Of a stretch of DNA of 64,000 nucleotides, positions 40,640-56,032 are shown in pieces (within the stretch, counting starts at the first letter, position 1; each line of letters begins with the position of its first letter). The position numbers and the translations under genes were made by a program. Under the pieces are notes generated by a model. That model ran no database searches, was not told where the DNA came from, and saw only the letters and a list, made by a program, of their open reading frames with translations. This stretch comes from the human T2T-CHM13v2.0 reference genome, Homo sapiens. Location: assembly GCF_009914755.1 (NCBI RefSeq), contig NC_060930.1, one strand, 5' to 3'.

Positions 40640-41450
40640 TGGCCATACTTTTCTTATCCACCTATACCATTTATCTAGGTTATTGCTTTTATTCTTAGGG
40701 TATTGATTAAAAATCATATGTGTTTACATACATATTTTTCAGTCTTGTCCTGTCATCTTAGTTTTAGATTTGTATAACTAGTTACATACTCAAAATCTCA
40801 ATTTAGATGAACCAGTGGACCTCAACATGCTACGTTCAAAACTGTTGTCAAATCATTAACACAGTGTCTCTTGTTCAACTTATCCATTTCAATATTCCCT
40901 ATTTCAGCAAATTCAATCAGCATGCACTTATTTGCTTGGGTCAGAAAACTTACAAATATTAACAACTCCCTTCACCTCTCTCTCAACCCTTATATAATTG
41001 CATTACTTCCCCTTAATATCACTTATATTTGTCCATCATTTTCTGTCTATATTGCCAAAATATAATTTTTAAAAAGCATTCATTGTTTGTTATATTACAC
41101 CACCTTAGACACTTAATTGATAAATACATGTCTACTATATTTCCCATTCACATCTCCATATAGGAGTTTAGTGATATTTTAAAAAATTCAATCAAGTAAT
41201 GATTTTAGTTTTAGATGATTATTAAATCAGTAGGTCCTCACTGACTGAAGTAAAACATTTAAAATCGCCAGTAAACATGTAAGGACTTATACTGTTTATC
41301 TTACATCTTCTCCATGGCTTTATTGCCAACCTTTCTGGCCATCATCAATATTTCAGACATAACTCTACTCAGAGACTTAATACATACTATACTTTCTACC
41401 TGGAGGACTTTTTAACTCATATATATTTTTTAAACCATTGACTGACATTT
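40640..41450 (+). mobile_element. Decayed L2 fragment
   Basis: Pyrimidine-rich L2-like blocks (acctcaacatg..ttcaaaactg; ctactcagagactt..catacta..ttctacctgga). Confidence 0.45.
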
Positions 41451-41644
41451 TCTTTAAAATGTGTCTGCTAAAACTCAATACGTCATCTAAAAAAGTAAAA
41501 CTTCTTGCCCTTAATACCCAGAAATTTTACATTTGCTACACATGTGTACCTGCAGAATATTTAAGCAGCATATTTTTTAAAGCAACACAACTGTAAATCT
41601 ATTAAATGGCAATTATCAATACCAAAATTTTAAATTAAAATATT

Positions 41645-43605
41645 TTAGTTTCCTTGTCAAATAATAGTTGATTATATATACATGGGTTTATTTCTGGGTC
41701 CACTCTTCTGTTCCATTGGTCTATGTGTCTACCTTTCATGGCAGTAACATACTTTTTAAATTACTACAGTTTTGTAATATAATGTGAAACCAGGAAGTGT
41801 GATGTCTCCATCTTTTTTCTTTTTTTTCTTAAAATTATTTTGACTATTTGCTATGATTCCATATGAATTTTAGTTTCCTTCTATTTGTGTGGAAAAACAT
41901 CATTGGAATTTAGATAGGAATTGTATTGAATCAGCAGATCACTTTGGGTAGTATAGACATTGTAACCATGTTAATTCTTCCAGTTCATGAACACGAGCTA
42001 TCTTTCCATTTATTTGTGTATCCTTTAATTTACCTCATCAATGCCTTATAGTTTTCAGTACAAATATCCTTTGCCTCCTTGGTTAAATTTATTTCTAAGT
42101 ATTACATTTTTGATGCCATTGTGATGACATTGTTTTCTTAATTTATTTTTTTATAGTTCATTGTTAATGTATGGGAACACAACAAATTTTTGTATGTGAA
42201 TTTTGTATGTAAATTTTGTATTCTGCAACTTTACAAAACTTAATTTTGTGGAGTGTTAGGATTTTCTTTATATGAGACCAACTGGGAAAGAAAAGTCTTT
42301 CAAATGATTACTGTTAGGAGAACTGGATATCCACATGGAAAAGAATGAAATTGAGTCCTTGTCCTATATCATATACAAAAATTAAAATAGATTAAAGACT
42401 TAAATGTGAAGTCTGGAATTATAAAACTTCAAGAAGAAAACATAAAAGCAAACTACTTGATATTTGTCTTTACAATGAATTTTTGGATATAATACCAAAA
42501 GCACAGAAAATAAAAGCAAAATTAAAGAGTGGGACTACATTAAACTACCAAACTTCTGCACAGCAAACAAAGGAAAATGAAAAATATCTTATAGAATGGG
42601 AGAGAATATTAGAAAATCATGTATCTGAGAAAGAGTTAATACTCAAAATACAAAACAAACTCATACAACACAACTGCAAAACAAACAGCTTGATTAAAAC
42701 ATTGGCAAAATACTGGAATGAACATATCTCTGAAGAAAACATACAAGTGACTAACATATAGGAAAAGGTGCTCAACATCACTAATCATCAGAGAAAGGCA
42801 TATCAAAACTATAATGAGATATCATCTCTTACCTATTATTAGACAGACAAGAGATACATGTTGGTAAGGTTATAGAAAAAAAGAAAATCTTTGCACGACG
42901 TGAGTAGAAATATAAATTGGTACAACCATTAAGGAAAAGAGTTTGGAGGTTCCTCAAAAAATTAAAAATAGAATTATAATAACAGCCAGCAATCATACTT
43001 CTTGACATATATCCAAAGGAAATAAAATAAGCCTATCAAAGAGATATCTGCACTCTCATAGTCACTGAAGCATTATTCACCATAGCCAAGATATGGAAAT
43101 AACTTGAAAGTCCATTGATGGATGAGTGAATAAAGAAACGTGGTATCTATACACAATGGAATACTGAGTATATTCAGCCATAAAAAAGAAAAAAATCCTC
43201 CCATCTGCAACAACATGGATGAACATTATACAAGTGAACTAAGCCAGAACAAAAGACAAATACTGTATAACCTCACTGATACGTGGAATCTAAAGAACTT
43301 ATACTTACTATATATCCACAAAAATTTTTAAAAATTATAAAAACTTGAGCTCAAAGAGGCAGAGATTAGAATGGTGGTTGCTAGGGGCCTGAGAGCAGAG
43401 GCGGTGGGGAAATATTGGTCAGAGGGTTCAGACTTTCAGTTATAACACAAGTTCTGGGGATTTAGTGTACAGCATGTATAGCGATGGATGTGTTGATTGT
43501 GGTAATCTCTTCAGAATGTGTACATATTTAAAATAATCACAGTGTACACTTAGAATATATTCAATTTCTATTTGTTTATTATATATGTAAAACATTTTAA
43601 AAATG
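41645..43605 (+). mobile_element. L1MA8-like LINE-1 with 5' inversion
   Basis: Antisense ORF2 41645-42278 (left end = FDK, right end = Y.ENP region) abuts sense ORF2 from QLGK..LF (42279) through an L1MA8/9-type 3' UTR. Confidence 0.75.
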
Positions 43606-44234
43606 CTATATATATGTAAATGAATAAATCAATGAAAATGTCATAAACGAGTGAATGGACAAATGTCATATGTTTAATTATAAGTAAGTTTCAAAATCAT
43701 AATATTAGATTTAAAAACAAAATTATAGATGTACATTTAAGTGTATGATTTTATATAAGTTATACAATTTGGCATTTTATATAAATCATATAAATTGGCA
43801 AACTAAATAAAATACCAGTTCATCTTTATGTGGTTAAACTATGAATAAAAGCAGGAGAGGGTTAAATTCAAAATTGAGAAAATTTGCTTGTTTGAAGCCA
43901 AGATAGGAATGTAATGGGGCAGGAAAAAAAAAGCATATAAATTAAAAATAAAGCATTTCTTAAGATATATGCTTTGTTTAAACTACTAAAATAAAAGTTA
44001 TTAAATTAAATAATACAAAGGTAGTCTATGTGAAAGTAAATCAGAAAACAATCATAGAGGGAACTAAAGGAACACCAGTGTATCAATTTTTAAAAATAAA
44101 AACATTAAATTGTAGCTATGTGTCAAAAGAGATTCTTGGTTTGACATTTGGATTTCATCTGAGAAAAACTGGTTTGTCAGTCTTCAAAACCAGAAACAGT
44201 TTTGTGTCCTCTTCACTCAATGTTTATTTCCTAA

Positions 44235-45960
44235 AATGGAAACTACAAAATACTGATGGATTAATTGAAGAAGACAAAAAGAAAGTGGAAAAAACATCTA
44301 TGTTCATGGATTAAAAATTTAATATTGTCAAAATGACCATACTACACAAAGTAATACATAGATCAGAATATCAATGGCATTCTTCACAGAAATAAACAAA
44401 ACAATCCTAAAATTCATATGGAAGTGCAAAATACTGAAAATACCCAAAGCAATCCTGATCAAAAGGAATAAAGCTGTAGGCATCGCACTACATGACTTCA
44501 AAATATACTACAAAGCTATAGTGACCAAAACAGTATGGTATTGGTAGAAAAACAGACACATAAACTAATGGAACAGAATAGAGAACAAAGAAATAAATGT
44601 TAATACTTGCATTCAACTGATTTTTGATTAAAAAAAACAAGAATATGCTTTGGAAGAGGACAGTCTCATCAATAAATGGTGCTGGGAAAACTGGATATCC
44701 AAACACCGAAGAATAAAACTGGATCTCTGTCTCTCACCATATACTCAAATTAAAGGTTTAAGTGTAACACTCAAAACTATTAAATTCCTAGAAGTAAACA
44801 TAGGGACAATATTTTGAGATATTGGTCTGGGAAAAGATGTTATGGAAAAAACTCCAAAAGCATTAGCAACAAAAGCAAAAATAGACAAATGGATTATATC
44901 AAACTAAAATGTTTTTGCACAGCAAAAAATAAAACAATCAGTATAATGAAGGGACAACCTACAGAATGAAAAAATATATATTTGTAAATAATTCATCTGA
45001 CAAGGGATTAGCATCCAGAAAATAGAAGGAGCTCAAACAACTCAATAGCAAGAAAACAAATAATCAGACTTAAAAAACTGGAAAATAGTCTGAATAATAT
45101 TTATCAAAAGAACACATACAAATGAACAACAAGTGTATAAAATCTGCTGAACATCACATATGATCAGGAAAATGCAAATTAAAACTACAGTGAGATATCA
45201 CCTCACCCCAGTTAGAACAGGTATTATCAAAATGACAGAACCTAACAAATGCTGGTGAGAATGTGGGAAAAAGGGAATTCTTATATGCTATTGGTGGGCA
45301 TGTAAATTAGTACAACCATTATGGAAAATAGTATGGAGATTCCTCAAATAACTAAAAGTAGAACTATCAGGCAAGGCAGCAATCTCACTACTAGGTATCT
45401 ATCCAAAGAAAATAAAATGAGTACGTCAGAGATATCTGCACTCACATATTTATTGCAGCACTATTCACAATAGCAAAGACATGGAATTAACCTACATGTT
45501 CATCAATGGATGAATGGAAATATACAATAGAATACTACTCAGCCATAAAAAAGAGCAAAATCCTGTACTTTGTGATAACACTGCTGAGCCTGGAGGACAT
45601 TATGTTAAGTGAAGTAAGTCAAGCACAGAAATATAAATATTACATATTCTCACTCATAAGCAGGAGATAAAAATGTTCAGTCAATAGAGAGTAGAATTAT
45701 AGTTACTAGGGCCTGAGAGGAATAACACAGAGGTGGGAATAGAAAGAGGATAGTTAGTAGACAAAAGCTACAACTAGATAGGAGGAATAAGTGCTAGTGT
45801 TCTACAGCACTGTAGAGTGACACTACTTAACAATAATTTGGTGCATATTTTAAAATAACCAGGAGAATTTCAAACGTTCCCAACACAAATAAATAATAAA
45901 TGTTTAAGGTGATGGATATGCTAATTACCCTGATTTGATAACAAAACATTGTATCCAAAA
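44235..45960 (+). mobile_element. L1MA4-like 5'-truncated LINE-1
   Basis: Decayed ORF2 C-terminal half; UTR ctagataggaggaataag..gtgttctacagcactgtag, ggtgatggatatgctaattaccctgatttgat. Confidence 0.8.
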
Positions 45961-46060
45961 AATTTTTTCCTTGTTCCAAAAAATGTTTGAGGTGATAGCT
46001 ATGATAATTATCCTGATTTGATCATAAAACATTTCATCCAAAAAATTTTTTTCTTGTTCA
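45898..46060 (+). repeat. Imperfect tandem duplication, period about 83 bp
   Basis: aaatgttt.aggtgat..tatg.taatta.cctgatttgat..aaaacatt..atccaaaaaatttttt.cttgttc at 45898 and 45981. Confidence 0.9.
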
Positions 46061-46392
46061 TCAGAATATGAGGCTAGCAAAGCAATGCCTTCTTGCAGTG
46101 TCTCCTTTACATAAAGCTAATTAAAAAAAAAAATTAAAAATAAAATAAAAAATCAGTTAAAAAATTTAACTGAGTTTGAGGAATAAAGAAATGGAAACAA
46201 ATAAAATTGATTGCAAGACTTTTTGTTGGGTAAAAGCTTTGAGGGTAATATAAAAACACAAAGAGAAAAATCATGTTAAATCTCTCTTCTACACATATCA
46301 GCAAGCATTGGTTCTTAATTCCATGCTATTTGAAAGCCACCTCATGACACATGAGAAAGAAGCCTTCATGATGATATATATATTGTCTCTCA

Positions 46393-47960
<1,568 letters not shown>

Positions 47961-48769
47961 ACAATGAGATCACATGGACACAGGAAGGGGAACATCACAC
48001 TCTGGGGACTGTTGTGGGGTGGGGGATGGGGGAGGGATAGCATTGGGAGATATACCTAATGCTAAATGACGAGTTAGTGGGTGCAGCACACCAGCATGGC
48101 ACATATATACGTATGTAACTAACCTGCACAATGTGCACATGTACCCTAAAACTTAAAGTATAATAATAATAAAAAAATAAATAAATAAATAAAAAATAAA
48201 AATAAAAAGTAATTGCTTTGTTTAACTCATAAGAACCTTCATTCTTGATTTCCACACTTGAGGGATTCATAAGTATGGGATTCAGGGTTCTAAATGAGCT
48301 TTTTCTACATTGGAACCTTCTCCACTCTTTTAGAGGAAAGATGATAATCCTTTTAGAATATCTATTTCACATTTTTCTAAAGCTACCTCAATCATACTTC
48401 TTTTTACCTTTTTATTTTCTCCTTCACTTTCCAGGCTCTTCTCCTGTCTCTTGGGAAACTGAATATTTGTTTACCAAATGATGTCTGTACTGCATCCAGA
48501 ATAACAGTAAAGAAATTCCATATGAATAAAATGAATAAAAAATTAAAACTGTTTATATTCATTTCATTTTAAAAATGTTGTCGCTAATAAATTTTTCTCA
48601 CTAAAACTGCAATTGAGAGATGTAGCTGAGTAATGTCCTTATTCACTACCTATAAGAAGGACATTTTTGGTTTCATAATAAAAGTTTTAAACTTGATTTA
48701 AAGAGTATTTGAAATTTGACTTATGAATATATAGGCTTGTTTTTTAACAATATAGACTCTCTTTTTACT

Positions 48770-51700
48770 TTGTATTTTTAGTTGTGATAAAATGCCGATA
48801 TGTTTTGGCTCATCCCCACCCAAATCTCATCTTGAATTTTAGCTCCCATAATCCCCACGTGTTGTGAGAGGGATCCAACTGGAGGTAATTGAATCATGGA
48901 GGTGGGTTTTTCTCATGCTGTTCTCATGATAGTGAATAAGTTTCATGAAATTTGATGGTTTTATAAAGGGCAGTTCCCCTGCACATGGTCTCTTGCCTGC
49001 TGCCATGTAAGACATGCCTTTGTTCCTCCTTCTCCTTCCGCCATGATTGCGAGACCTCCCTAGCCCTGTGGAACTGTGAGTCCATTAAATCTCTCTCTCT
49101 CTCTCTTTTTTTTTTAATATAAATTACCCAGTCTCGGATATTTCTTTATGGCAATATAAAAATGAACTAGTAAAGTAATTTGATACTGCAGAGAATGGGG
49201 TGCTGATGTAAAGATACCTGAAAATGTGAAAGTGAATTTGGAACTGATTGGGGGTTGGAACAATTTGGAGGGCTCAGCAGAAGACAGAAGAGTGTGGGAA
49301 AGTTTGGAACTTCCTATGGACTTATTCAATGTCCTTGACCAAAATGCTGACAGTAAAGTCCAGGCTGAGATGGTCTTAGATGAGGAAGATGTTAGGTGCA
49401 AAGGTGACTCTTGTTATGCTTTGGCAAAGAGACTGGTGGCATTTTGACCCTGCCCTTGAGATCTGTGGAATTTTGAAATTGAGAGAGATGATTTAGGGTA
49501 TCTGTTGGAAGAAATTTCTAAGCAGCAAAGTTTTCAAGAGGAAGCAGAGCATAAAAGTTTGGAAAATTTGCAGACTGACAATGCAATAACAAAGAAAATC
49601 CTATTTTCTGGGGAGAAATTCAAGCCTGCTGCAGAAATTTGCATAAGTAACAAGGAGGCAAATATTATTCACCAAGAAAATGGGGAAAATATCTCCAGGG
49701 CATGTCAGAGAGTTTCACAGCAGTCCCTCCAATCGCAGGCCCAGTGGCTTAGGAGGAAATAATAGTTTCATGGGCCATGCCAAGGGCACCCCCTGCTGTG
49801 TGCAGCCTTGGGACATGGTGTCCAGAATCCCAGCTGTTCTAGCCATGGCTAAAAGGGCCAAGGTACAGCTCAGGCTGTGGCTTAAGAGGGTGTGAGACCC
49901 AAGCCCTAGCAGCTTCCATGTAGTGTTGAGCCTGCAAGCCTACAAGTGCACAGAAGTCAAGAAGTGAGGTTTGGGAACCTCCACCTAGATTTCAGAGGAT
50001 GTATGGAAATGCCTGGATCTCCAAGCAGAAGTTTGCTGCAGGGGCAGGGCCATCATGGAGAACCTCTGCCAGGGCAATGTGAAAGGGAAATGTGGAGTAC
50101 GACCCCTCACACAGAGTCCCCACTGGGGCACTACCTGGTGGGGCTGTAAGAAGAGGGTCACTGTCCTCTGGACCCCAGAATGGTTGATCTACCAACAAGT
50201 TGCATTGTACACCTGGAAAAGCCTCAGACACTCAATGCCAGCCCATGAAAGCAGCCAGGATGGGACTTGTACCCTGCAAAGCCATAGGGATGGAGCAGCC
50301 TCAGGCTTGGGAAGTCCACCTCTTGCATCAGCGTGATCTGGATGTGAGACATGGAGTCAAAGGAGATGATTATTTTAAAACTTTAAGGTTTAATAACTGC
50401 CCTATTGGATTTAAGACTTGCATGGGGCCTGTAGCCCCTTTGTTCTGGACAATTTCTGCCATTTGGAATGGGTGTATTTACCCACTGCCTGTACCCCCAT
50501 TGTATCTAGGAAGTAACTAACGTACTTTTCATTTTACAGGTTCATAGGTGGAAGGGACTTGCCTTGTCTCAGATGAGACGTTGAATTGTGGACTTTTGAG
50601 TTAATGCTGAAATGCAGTAATACTTTGGAGGACAGTTGAAAAGGAAAGATTGTGTTTTGAAATGTGAGGACATGAGATTTGGGAGGGCCTAGAATGATAT
50701 GGTTTTGTTGCATTCTCACTCAAATCTCATCTTGAAGTATAGCTCCCATAATCTCCATGTGGAGGTTTGGGAACCTCCAGGAGGGACCCGGAGGGAGGTA
50801 ATTGAATCATGGGGGTGGGTTTTTCCGGTGATGTTCTCAAGATAGTGAATAGGTCTCATGAGATCTGATGGTTTTATGAAGGGCAATTATCCTGCACATG
50901 CTCTCTTGCCTGCCACCATGTAGGACATGTCTTTGTCCCTCCTTCACCTTCTGCCGTGCGTGTGAGGCCTCCCTAGCCATGTGGAACTGTGAGTCCATTA
51001 AACTTCTTTTTCTTTATAAATTACCGAGCCTCGGGTATTTCTTCATAGGAATATAAAATGGACTAATACAAATGCACATAAAATAAATATACTATCTTAA
51101 GCACTTTTAAATGTATGGTTTAGTAGTGTTAAGTATTTTTATGTGGTTGTGAATCAACATCCAGAACTTTTTAATCTTACAAAACTAAAACTCTATACCT
51201 GTTAGAAAACAACTCCCATTTCTCCTCCACCCGGATCACCATTCTACTTTTCGTTTACATGACTTTGATTACTGTAGATACTTCATATAAGTGGAATCAT
51301 GGTATTTGTTTTTTTGTGACTAGCTTATTTTACTTAGCAAAATGTCCTCAAGTTTCATCTATGTTATAACATGTATTATTATAATTCTCTTCCTGTTTAA
51401 GGCTAAATATTGTCCCATTGTATGCATATGTCACATATTGCTCATCCATTCATCTATCAAAGGACGTTTGAGATCATATTGCAAATAATGCTGCTATGAA
51501 CATGGTTTTGCAAGTATGTCTTCAAGACCTTCCTTACAACTCTTTTGAATATATATCCAGAAGTCAATTCCTGGATCATATGCTAGTTCTATTTTTAATG
51601 ATTTTTAGACACTGTGTTACTGTTTTACACAGCGGCTGCACCATTTTGCATTTCTACCAACAATGAAAAAGGATTCTAATTTTTCCACCTCTTCCCAAAC

Positions 51701-52490
51701 AATTGTTTTCTATTTTGTTTTGTTTTGTTTGTTTTTGATTTTAGCCTTCCTAATGCCTGTGAGGTAGTATCTCTTTCTGGTGTAAATTTGCATTTCCCTA
51801 ATGATTAGTGATGTTTAGCATTTTGTCATCTAGTAGTTAGCCATTTGCATATTGCCTAAAGAAAAAGCTCTATTCAAGTTCTTTCGCTATTTTTAACTTA
51901 ATATGTAATTTGCAAACATTTTCTTCCATTCCATAGTTGTCTTTTCACTCTGTTGATTGTGTTTTAGATGCACAGGTATTTTTATATGTTTGTCTTTATT
52001 TTGATGTGGTCCACTTTATTTATTTTTACTCTTTGTCTTGTTTTTGGTGTCATAACCAAGAAATTAATGCTAATTTCAATGTCATAAACCTTTTTTCCTA
52101 TGATTTCTTCTTAGACTTTTATCAATTTAGTCCTTATGTTTAGGTCTTTAATGCATTCTGAATTAATTTTTGTATATGGAATAAGGTAAGCTTCTACCTG
52201 TATTATCTCAGCACTATTTTTAGAAAAGAATGATCTTTCTTCATTAAATGATTTTAGCTCCCTTGTCAAAAATTATATTATATATGCAAGATTTTATATG
52301 TGGGCTCTCTATTCTATTGCATTGTTATATAATTATGTTTTTATGCCAATGCTACATAGTTTTGATTGATTACTGTAGCTTTGTAACACATTTTAAAATT
52401 AAGAATTGTTAGACCTCCGAGGCTGTTCTTTTGCAAGATTGCTTTGGCTATTCAGGGTCCCTTGAGATTTCATATAAAATTTAGGTAAGT
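48770..52490 (-). mobile_element. L1MB-type 3' end interrupted by the THE1 element
   Basis: gttgtgataaaatgc|acataaaataaaatatactatctta..aaaactaaaactctatacc; antisense ORF2 to ~52490. Confidence 0.75.
48796..51070 (+). mobile_element. Complete THE1 (THE1B/C-like) MaLR element: LTR-internal-LTR
   Basis: LTRs 48796-49174 and 50695-51070; internal with MaLR ORF remnants (GWNNLEGSAEDRRVWESLELP, EEISKQQS); perfect 5-bp TSD AATGC (48791-48795 / 51071-51075). Confidence 0.93.
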
Positions 52491-52596
52491 AAACTGGTTT
52501 CAAATTGCCTCACAAAAGGGATTTTGCACTAATTGTTAAATTTTATATTAGTTTTCTATATTATAATTAATTAATTGTATCCATTTAAAGATAATA

Positions 52597-55450
52597 AAGG
52601 GGTTCAGTTTTAATATTCTGCTTATGGCTAACCAGTTATCCCAGCACCATGTACTGAATAAAGAGTCCTTTTCTCATAGTTTGCATTTGTTGAATCTGTT
52701 AAAGATCAAATGTTTGTAGGTGTGCCACATTATTTCTAGGCTCTCTATTCTGTTCCATTGGTCTATGTGTCTGTTTTTGTACCGGTACCATGATGTTTTA
52801 GTTACTGTAGCCTTGTAGTATACATTGAAGTCAGGTAACGTCATGCCTCCAACTTTGTTATTTTTGCTTATGATTGCCTTGGCTATTTGGGCTCTTTTTT
52901 TTTGGTTCTATATGAATTTTGAAATACGTTTCACTAATTCTGTAAAAAAAATCATTGGTCATTTGATAAGAATAGCATTTAATCTTTAAAGTACTTTGGG
53001 CAGTATGGCCATTCTAAAAATATTGATTCTTCCTGTCCATGACCATGGACAATATATGGTGCTGGGATAACTGGCTAGCCATAAGCAGAATATTGAAACT
53101 GAATCTCTTCCTGTCTATGAGCATGGATTTTTTTTTGTTTATGTAAATTCTGATTTCTTTGAGCAGTGTTTTGTAATTCTTATCGTAAAGATCTTTCACC
53201 TCCCTGGTTAGCTGTATTTCTAGGTATTTGATTCTCTTTGTGGCTATTTTGAATGGGATTACATTCCTGATTTGGCTCTCAGCTTGGATTTTGTTGGTGG
53301 TCAGGAAAGTTACTTATTTTTATTCATCAATTTTGTAAAACTTTGTTGAAGTTGTCAAATCAAAAAGCTCTTAGTCAGAGGGTATAGGGTTTTGTAGTTA
53401 TAAAATCATATAATTTGCAAACAGGGATAATTTGAGATAATCCCTCTCTTCCTATTTGGATGACTTTTATTTCTTTCTCTTGCCTGATTGCTCTGTCCAG
53501 GAATTCCAGTGTTATATTGAATAGCAATGGTGAGAGAGGACATCTTTGTCTTGTGCTGGTTTTCAAGGGGAATGCTTCCAGCTTTTGCCCATTCAGAATG
53601 ATGTTGGCTGTCGGTTTGTCATAAATGGCTCTTATTGTTTTGAAGTATGTTCCTTCAAAGCCTAGTTTGTTGAGTGTTTTTAACATGAAGGGGTGTTGAA
53701 TTTTATAAAATGCTTTTTCTTCATCTATTGAGATAATCTTGTAGTTTTTATTTTAGTTCTGTTTATTAAATGAATTACATTTATTGATTTGCATATGTTA
53801 AACCAACCTTGCATCTTAGGGATAAAGCCATTTTGATTATAGTGGTGGATTATCGTTCTGATATGCTGCTAGATTCAGTTTGCTATTATTTTGTTGAGGA
53901 TTTGTGCATCTATGTTCATCAAAATTATGGACCTACAGCTCTCTTTTTTTGTTGTGTTTCTGCCAGGTTTTGGAGTCAGGATGATGCTGGCCTCATAGAA
54001 TGAGTTAGGGAAGAGTCCCTCCTGCTCAATTTTTTGGAATAGTCTCAGTAATAGTGGTACCGGCTCTTTTTATACATCTGGTAATATCCAACTGTGAATC
54101 TGCCTGGTCTTGGACTTATTTTGGTTGGCAGTCTTGTTATTACTGATTCCACTTTGGACCCTTTTCTTACATCACTACATTTTTACATTTACAGTTTTAC
54201 ATGTACAGTTACAGCTTTACATTTAAGTCTTTAATCCACTGAGTTGATCAAAAATCAATTTAATGGACTAAATACTTAAGTGTAAAACCTAAAACTATAA
54301 AAACCCTAAAAGAAAACCTAGGAAATACCATTCTGGATAGAGGCCCTGGCAAAGATTTCATGATGATGATGCCAATAGCAGTCGCAACATAAAAAATTGA
54401 CAAATGGGACCTAATCAAACTAAAGGGTTTCTGCACAGCACAAGAAAGTATCAACAGAGTAAACAGACAATCTACAGAATATGATAAAATATTTCCAAAC
54501 TGTGCATACAACAAAGGTCTAATATCCAGAATCTATAAGGTACTTAAACAAATGTATAAGCAAAAAACAAATATTGCCATTAAAAAGTGGGCGAAGGACA
54601 TAAACAGACACTTTTCAGAGAAGACATACATGTGGCCAAGAAGTACAAAGTTGCTAATTAGTAAAAATGCTCAACATCACTCATCACTAGAGAAATGCAA
54701 ATAAAATCCACAAGATGATACCCTCTCCCACCAGTAAGAATGGCTATTATTAAAGAGTCAAAAAATAACAGATGCTGGCTAGGTTGCAGAGAAAAGGGAA
54801 TGTTCATATACTGCTGGTGGGAATGAAAATTAGTTCATCCATTGTGGAAAGCAGTTTGGCAATTTCTCAAAGAATTTAAAACAGAATTACCATTCAACTC
54901 AGCAATCCCTCCTGGGTATATACCCAAAAGAATATAAATCATTTTACCATAAAGACACATGCATACATATGCTTATCACAGCACTCTTTGCAATAGGAAA
55001 AATGGAAGCAACTTAAATGCCCATCAAATGTAGGCTGGATAAAGAAAATGTGGTACATATATACCACAGAATACTTACTACACAGCTATAGAAAGAAAGA
55101 AATAATATCCTTTGCAGCAACATGGATGGAGCTGGAGGCCATAAATCCTACGTAAAATAACACAGGAACAGAAATCCAAATACCACATGTTCTCACTTAT
55201 AAGAGGGAGTTAAACATCGGGTACATATGGACACAAACAAGCAAACAGCAGACACCGGGGCCTACTTGAAGGTGGAAGGTGGCAGGAGGGTGAGGAGGGT
55301 GAGGTTCAGAAAACTACCTATTGGTACTATGCTTATTATCTGTGTGATTGTGATAATCTGTACACCAAACTCCTGTGATATACAATTTACCTGTATAACA
55401 TATCTGTACATGTACTACTGAACTTAGAATAAAATAAAAAAAAAACAAAA
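52597..55450 (+). mobile_element. L1PA15/16-like LINE-1 with 5' inversion and extra rearrangements
   Basis: Antisense ORF2 RT 52597-54155 (ORF 53375..53686 [21 protein letters not shown]), sense ORF2 end from ~54156, L1PA15/16-type UTR (cagacaccggggcctacttga.ggtgga, aaaactacctattggtactatgc), A tail. Confidence 0.85.
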
Positions 55451-56032
55451 TAGAAAAGGTAAGTGTATGCCTTTCTGTTGCTCAGTTATATAAATCTGAT
55501 GGCAACACACTATTCAAGTTTTATATAAGGCTAATTTAAGCTGTATACATATTTTACAAGATTTTTACAATATGAGAAAATTATTGCTTTCTCACAAATT
55601 ATTTAAATATGGAAAAATACATTTAATAAGTGAAATTATATTAGCAGATATTTTTAAAATTTGTTTAATCTTGTAAATACCTTTATTATAAATTATGAGG
55701 GCTTAATACGTTGGTTTACATGCAGATTCTGATTTAATCCTCAAACTAATATTAAAATGAATATTAAATCAAATTTACTAATAAATACTTCTGCTATCTA
55801 GGCAATTATTAAGTAAAAAAACAAAACATTTGTCATTTAACATACTGTTCATTATACATATTAATTATAGGATGGCTATAGATTAAAAGATGTGTAAGTG
55901 TTTAAAAACTTTTCCCACGATACAATTTGTAAATGTATTATAAAATATTTTGTTTTCTTTGTCATATTTTCCCCTCTGGCCCTAAAGGAAACACCAATTT
56001 GTCAGTTTGATTAAAGTGGCTAATTAATAAAA

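Noticed and set aside
48003-48036. G-rich tract with G4 potential
   Set aside because: Standard feature of the L1 3' UTR.
49114-50719. Dense cluster of ORFs on both strands
   Set aside because: Fragments of the decayed THE1 internal ORF in relatively GC-rich sequence.
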